NCBI GenBank assembly: GCA_015233035.1
Contig: JADFYM010000004.1
Span: forward strand, 5,839-37,838
Origin: Magnetococcales bacterium
Lineage (GTDB): Bacteria; Pseudomonadota; Magnetococcia; Magnetococcales; Magnetaquicoccaceae
DNA: 32,000 nt
Direction: 5' to 3'
The translations under genes and the position numbers were made by a program. Below the pieces are notes generated by a model. It saw only the letters and a list, made by a program, of their open reading frames with translations. It did not search any database and was not told where the DNA came from. Below are positions 26,728-32,000 of this stretch, one piece after another. The number at the start of each line of letters is the position of its first letter. Within the stretch, counting starts at the first letter, position 1.

Positions 26728-27918
26728 TCACGCAATAATTTCCGCCACAACACCAGCCCCCACGGTACGCCCACCTTCGCGGATGGCAAACCGCAACCCC
26801 TTTTCCATGGCAATCGGGGCAATCAATTCTACCGTCATGGAGACATTGTCACCCGGCATTACCATCTCTGTCCCTTCTGCCAACGCCAACACACCGGTCA
26901 CATCAGTCGTCCGAAAATAAAACTGGGGCCGATAGTTGCTGAAGAATGGCGTATGCCGCCCGCCCTCTTCCTTCGTCAAAATATAGCATTCCGCCTTGAA
27001 CTTGGTATGCGGCGTGATCGAGTTCGGCTTGGCCAACACCTGGCCCCGCTGCACATCCTCCCGCTTGATACCCCGCAACAACACCCCGACATTGTCCCCC
27101 GCCTGACCCTGGTCCAGCAGCTTGCGGAACATTTCCACGCCAGTGCAGGTGGAATTGATGGTCGGACGAATGCCCACCACCGAAACCTGCTCACCCACCT
27201 TGACCACGCCCCGCTCCACCCGGCCCGTCACCACGGTACCCCGACCGGAGATGGTAAACACATCCTCAATCGGCATCAGGAAGGCCCCATCCAACGCCCG
27301 CTCCGGTTGCGGAATATAACGATCCACCGCTTCCATCAGCTTGAGGATGGCTCCCCGACCCATGTCGCCTTTGTCCCCTTCCAGCGTCTTCAAGGCGGAA
27401 CCGATCACGATCGGCACATCATCGCCCGGAAAATCATACTGGGAGAGCAGTTCGCGGACTTCCAGTTCCACCAACTCCAGCAGTTCGGGATCGTCCACCA
27501 TGTCCGCCTTGTTCAGGAAGACCACCAACGCCGGGACACCCACCTGCCGCGCCAGCAGGATATGCTCCCGCGTCTGGGGCATCGGACCGTCGGCGGCGGA
27601 GACCACCAGAATCGCCCCATCCATCTGGGCCGCACCGGTGATCATGTTCTTGATATAGTCGGCATGACCGGGACAGTCCACATGCGCATAATGACGCTTT
27701 TCTGTCTGATATTCAACGTGCGCCGTCGAAATTGTGATCCCACGGGCCTTTTCTTCCGGGGCCGAATCGATCTGGTCATAGGCCGTATAAATGGCCCCAC
27801 CCGTCTCGGCCAGGATCTTGGTGATCGCAGCCGTCAGACTCGTCTTGCCATGGTCCACGTGACCAATGGTACCGATATTTACGTGCGGCTTGGTACGTTC
27901 AAACTTCGCCTTGGCCAT
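26728..27918 (-). CDS. tuf: Elongation factor Tu
   Basis: [34 protein letters not shown]...[26 protein letters not shown]...NKADMV, 396 aa. Confidence 0.98.
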   Translation of the reverse strand: MAKAKFERTKPHVNIGTIGHVDHGKTSLTAAITKILAETGGAIYTAYDQIDSAPEEKARGITISTAHVEYQTEKRHYAHVDCPGHADYIKNMITGAAQMDGAILVVSAADGPMPQTREHILLARQVGVPALVVFLNKADMVDDPELLELVELEVRELLSQYDFPGDDVPIVIGSALKTLEGDKGDMGRGAILKLMEAVDRYIPQPERALDGAFLMPIEDVFTISGRGTVVTGRVERGVVKVGEQVSVVGIRPTINSTCTGVEMFRKLLDQGQAGDNVGVLLRGIKREDVQRGQVLAKPNSITPHTKFKAECYILTKEEGGRHTPFFSNYRPQFYFRTTDVTGVLALAEGTEMVMPGDNVSMTVELIAPIAMEKGLRFAIREGGRTVGAGVVAEIIA

Positions 27919-27929
27919 CTCTTTTTCCC

Positions 27930-30008
27930 CTAGCCCTTCGCTTTAGCCACAATTTCCTCGGCAATCGAACCGGGAACTTGCTCATAGTGGTCAAACTGCA
28001 TCGTGAACGTGGCCCGTCCCTGGGACATGGAACGCACATCCGTCGAATAACCAAACATGTTCGCCAACGGGACCATGGCCTTGACCAGTTGATTGCCCCC
28101 CACGGAATCCATCCCGTGAATGGCACCCCGGCGCGAGTTCAGATCACCAATGACATCGCCCATATATTCTTCAGGAACCTCTACTTCAACCACCATGATC
28201 GGTTCCAACAGCACTGGACCCGCCCGCTTGCAACCATCCTTGAACCCCATGGAAGCCGCCACCTTGAAGGCCATTTCCGATGAGTCCACCTCATGGTAAG
28301 AGCCCTCAAACAGGGTCACTTGTATATCCACCACCGGATACCCGGCCTTGACACCACTGTTCAGGGCCTCTTCGATACCCTTGCCCACCGCCGGGATATA
28401 CTCCCTGGGGACAACCCCGCCCTTGATCGCATCGACAAACTTGAAGCCAAACCCCGGCTCCATCGGTTCAATCTTCAACCAGACGTGGCCAAACTGCCCC
28501 CGACCACCGGACTGCCGGACAAACTTGCCTTCCGAATCCACGCTCTTGGTGATGGTCTCCCGATAGGCCACCTGGGGCTTGCCCACATTGGCCTCCACCT
28601 TGAACTCGCGCAGCATCCGATCCACCAAAATTTCCAGATGCAACTCACCCATGCCGGAGATGATCGTCTGGTTGGTCTCATGATCCACCGCCACCCGGAA
28701 CGAGGGATCCTCCTGGGCCAAACGACCCAACGCCACCCCCATCTTCTCCTGGTCCGCTTTGGTCTTCGGCTCAATCGCAATGGAGATGACTGGCACCGGA
28801 AAGGTCATTTTCTCCAGAATGACCGGCTTGTCGGGATCACACAGCGTATCCCCCGTCGTCGTATATTTTAAACCAACCGCCGCCGCAATGTCACCCGCCC
28901 GAACTTCCTTGACATCTTCCCGCTTGTTGGCATGCATCAACATCAAACGACCGATCCGCTCTTTCTTCTCCCGGCTGGAGTTCAGCACATAAGAGCCAGA
29001 CTCCAACACCCCGGAGTAGACCCGGAAAAAGGTCAAACTGCCCACAAAAGGATCGGTCATAATCTTGAAGGCCAGGGCCGAAAAAGGCTCGGCATCATCT
29101 GGCCGGCGACTCACCTTCAAATCTTTGTTGAGGGCATCTCCTTCCACGGGAGGAATGTCACTCGGGGCCGGAAAAAAATCCACCACCGCATCCAGCAAAG
29201 GCTGCACGCCCTTGTTTTTGAACGCCGACCCGCAAATCACCGGGACAAAAGAGCTGGTCAAAACCCCCTTGCGAATGCAGTCGCGAAACTCCGCCGTGGT
29301 AATCTTGCCCCCTTCCAGATAACGCTCCATCAGGGTGTCATCCTGCTCCAGGGCCGTCTCCAGCAACTGCTCCCGGTACTCCTCCACTGCATCCACCATC
29401 TCTTCCGGGACGGGGGCCTCCTTGAAGGTGGCTCCCAGCGTATCCTCGTCAAAGATATAGGCCACCCGCGAGACCAGATCCACCATCCCCCGGAAATTTT
29501 CCTCCGCCCCAACCGGCAGTTGCAGGGGAACCGCACGCGCACTCAAGCGGTCCTTCATCATCCGCACTACCCGCAAAAAATCTGCCCCCATGCGATCCAT
29601 CTTGTTGACGAACGCCACACGGGGCACCCCATAACGATCCGCCTGCCGCCAAACCGTCTCCGACTGGGGCTGCACACCACCCACCGAACAAAAAACCGCG
29701 ACCGCACCGTCCAACACCCGCAAGGACCGCTCCACCTCAATGGTAAAGTCCACGTGCCCGGGAGTGTCAATGATATTGATGCGATGATTCTTCCAGAAAC
29801 AGGTGGTCGCCGCAGAAGTGATCGTGATGCCACGCTCCTGCTCCTGCTCCATCCAGTCCATGGTCGCCGTACCCTCATGCACCTCGCCCAGCTTGTGGGA
29901 GCGACCGGTATAATAGAGAATACGCTCCGTTACCGTCGTCTTACCCGCATCAATATGGGCCATGATGCCAATGTTACGGACACGCCCCAGTGGTATTTCC
30001 CTTGCCAC
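27930..30008 (-). CDS. fusA: Elongation factor G
   Basis: [26 protein letters not shown]...[24 protein letters not shown]..., 692 aa; GTG start (plus-strand cac at 30006-30008). Confidence 0.98.
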   Translation of the reverse strand: MAREIPLGRVRNIGIMAHIDAGKTTVTERILYYTGRSHKLGEVHEGTATMDWMEQEQERGITITSAATTCFWKNHRINIIDTPGHVDFTIEVERSLRVLDGAVAVFCSVGGVQPQSETVWRQADRYGVPRVAFVNKMDRMGADFLRVVRMMKDRLSARAVPLQLPVGAEENFRGMVDLVSRVAYIFDEDTLGATFKEAPVPEEMVDAVEEYREQLLETALEQDDTLMERYLEGGKITTAEFRDCIRKGVLTSSFVPVICGSAFKNKGVQPLLDAVVDFFPAPSDIPPVEGDALNKDLKVSRRPDDAEPFSALAFKIMTDPFVGSLTFFRVYSGVLESGSYVLNSSREKKERIGRLMLMHANKREDVKEVRAGDIAAAVGLKYTTTGDTLCDPDKPVILEKMTFPVPVISIAIEPKTKADQEKMGVALGRLAQEDPSFRVAVDHETNQTIISGMGELHLEILVDRMLREFKVEANVGKPQVAYRETITKSVDSEGKFVRQSGGRGQFGHVWLKIEPMEPGFGFKFVDAIKGGVVPREYIPAVGKGIEEALNSGVKAGYPVVDIQVTLFEGSYHEVDSSEMAFKVAASMGFKDGCKRAGPVLLEPIMVVEVEVPEEYMGDVIGDLNSRRGAIHGMDSVGGNQLVKAMVPLANMFGYSTDVRSMSQGRATFTMQFDHYEQVPGSIAEEIVAKAKG

Positions 30009-30105
30009 TCTGTTCCCCTGTGTACGAGACCAGTCTCAAACAACAACCGATCCCCATCTTAAGTCTGAAAATAACCCGGTATCCACCGCAACAGGCCGCC
30101 AAACA

Positions 30106-30576
30106 CTACCAACGATAGTGGGCAAACACCTTGTTGGCCTCGGCCATGCGATGGGTCTCATCCCGCTTTTTCACCGTCGCCCCACGTCCGGCTGCGGCTT
30201 CCATCAATTCACCCGCCAGCTTTTCCCGCATGGTCTTCTCGGCCCGCTTGCGCGCATAACCCACCAGCCAGCGCACTGCCAAGGCCTGCCGACGACTGGG
30301 TCGCACCTCCACCGGAACCTGGTAGGTCGCCCCACCCACCCGACGGGCACGGACCTCCACCATTGGCCGCGTATTCTCTACCGCATCCTTGAAAATCTGT
30401 ACCGGATCCTGCTTGGTCCGATCGGCCACAATCTGCAGAGCACCATAAAACACCCGCTCCGCCAAGGCCTTCTTTCCGTCCCGCATAATGCAGTTCATAA
30501 ACTTGCTGACCAACGGATCGCCATAAGCGGGATCACCGATCACTTCCCGCTTGGGCACATCGCGGCGTCTGGACAT
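30106..30576 (-). CDS. rpsG: 30S ribosomal protein S7
   Basis: [31 protein letters not shown]... Start set to the ATG at 30574-30576 (ORF track is 8 codons longer). Confidence 0.96.
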   Translation of the reverse strand: MSRRRDVPKREVIGDPAYGDPLVSKFMNCIMRDGKKALAERVFYGALQIVADRTKQDPVQIFKDAVENTRPMVEVRARRVGGATYQVPVEVRPSRRQALAVRWLVGYARKRAEKTMREKLAGELMEAAAGRGATVKKRDETHRMAEANKVFAHYRW

Positions 30577-30652
30577 GACAACAACTCCTTCAACTTTCAA
30601 ACCGGATCGACAAGTTCAACACACAAACAGACCAGGCAAAAGAAACCACCGC

Positions 30653-31024
30653 CTACTTGGGCCGCTTCGCCCCATACCGCGACCGTCCCTGCTTGCGATT
30701 TTTGACCCCCTGTGTGTCCAACGCCCCACGTATAATATGATAACGGACACCCGGCAGATCCTTCACACGACCCCCTCGGACCAAGACCACCGAGTGCTCC
30801 TGAAGATTGTGACTCTCCCCAGGAATATAGACGGTCACCTCATGCCCATTGGTCAAACGCACGCGCGCCACCTTGCGCAGGGCCGAGTTCGGCTTTTTGG
30901 GGGTGGTCGTATACACACGAGTGCAGACACCACGCTTTTGTGGACAAGCCCCCATCGCTGGCACGTTCGTCTTTTTGACCTGTGACTGGCGTCCAATACG
31001 GACTAACTGGTTAACGGTCGGCAT
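30653..31024 (-). CDS. rpsL: 30S ribosomal protein S12
   Basis: [52 protein letters not shown]... Start set to the ATG at 31022-31024 (the ORF-track extension of 29 codons is spurious). Confidence 0.97.
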   Translation of the reverse strand: MPTVNQLVRIGRQSQVKKTNVPAMGACPQKRGVCTRVYTTTPKKPNSALRKVARVRLTNGHEVTVYIPGESHNLQEHSVVLVRGGRVKDLPGVRYHIIRGALDTQGVKNRKQGRSRYGAKRPK

Positions 31025-31083
31025 AATATTGAACTCTCCAAACCCTCTCAACAGTGGGAAGCCACACTCTAAGCCAGCTCCCC

Positions 31084-31111
31084 ATAATAACTCATAAATC
31101 GGATATGTCAA
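31084..31111 (-). promoter_or_regulatory. Sigma70-type promoter of the rpsL-rpsG-fusA-tuf (str) operon
   Basis: Minus strand reads TTGACA (31106-31111), a 16-nt spacer, then TATTAT (31084-31089), about 60 nt upstream of the rpsL ATG. An A9 tract (31135-31143) lies further upstream. Confidence 0.6.
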
Positions 31112-31174
31112 CGGCCAGACAAACCCACTGCATCTTTTTTTTTGCCACCCCCCCAGACCAAACCAGGCGGTCTA

Positions 31175-32000
<826 letters not shown>

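Noticed and set aside
31112-31174. Terminator after rpoC (AGACC-N8-GGTCT hairpin)
   Set aside because: The stem is only 5 bp, and on the transcribed strand it is followed by G7 and A9 rather than a U-tract. This is not a credible intrinsic terminator.

Overview
Moderately GC-rich proteobacterial chromosome segment, almost entirely housekeeping. From about 12.7 to 32.0 kb the minus strand carries the conserved ribosomal supercluster: rpoC (3' end), rpsL, rpsG, fusA, tuf, then the S10, spc and alpha operons ending in rplQ. This includes an rpmJ found by hand that is missing from the ORF track. Continuing on the minus strand comes a LysM-YkuD L,D-transpeptidase. Next is the only plus-strand island: a ThiS-ThiG fusion, a translationally coupled HybE-like ORF, and an Lpp/OprI-like lipoprotein ending in Lys. 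The remaining minus-strand genes are uxs, htpG, gapR (DUF2312) and a dabB-dabA (DUF2309) inorganic-carbon pump pair. I found no tRNA/rRNA, CRISPR, transposase/integrase or recognisable defence genes, and no clear-cut brand-new multi-gene system. The best leads are: (1) DUF2309/DabA coupled to an ND4/NuoM-type rather than ND5/NuoL-type membrane subunit; (2) a modular GC-rich triple-hairpin repeat family sitting at gene 3' ends, two inverted copies of which bracket the plus-strand island; (3) an Lpp-like C-terminal-Lys lipoprotein convergent with an L,D-transpeptidase; (4) ThiS fused in frame to ThiG, followed by a HybE-like ORF; (5) very long codon-aligned antisense shadow ORFs, which show near-total avoidance of TTA/CTA/TCA codons. 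Many ORF-track entries have spurious N-terminal extensions; starts were re-set by homology logic and checked against the start-codon bases.
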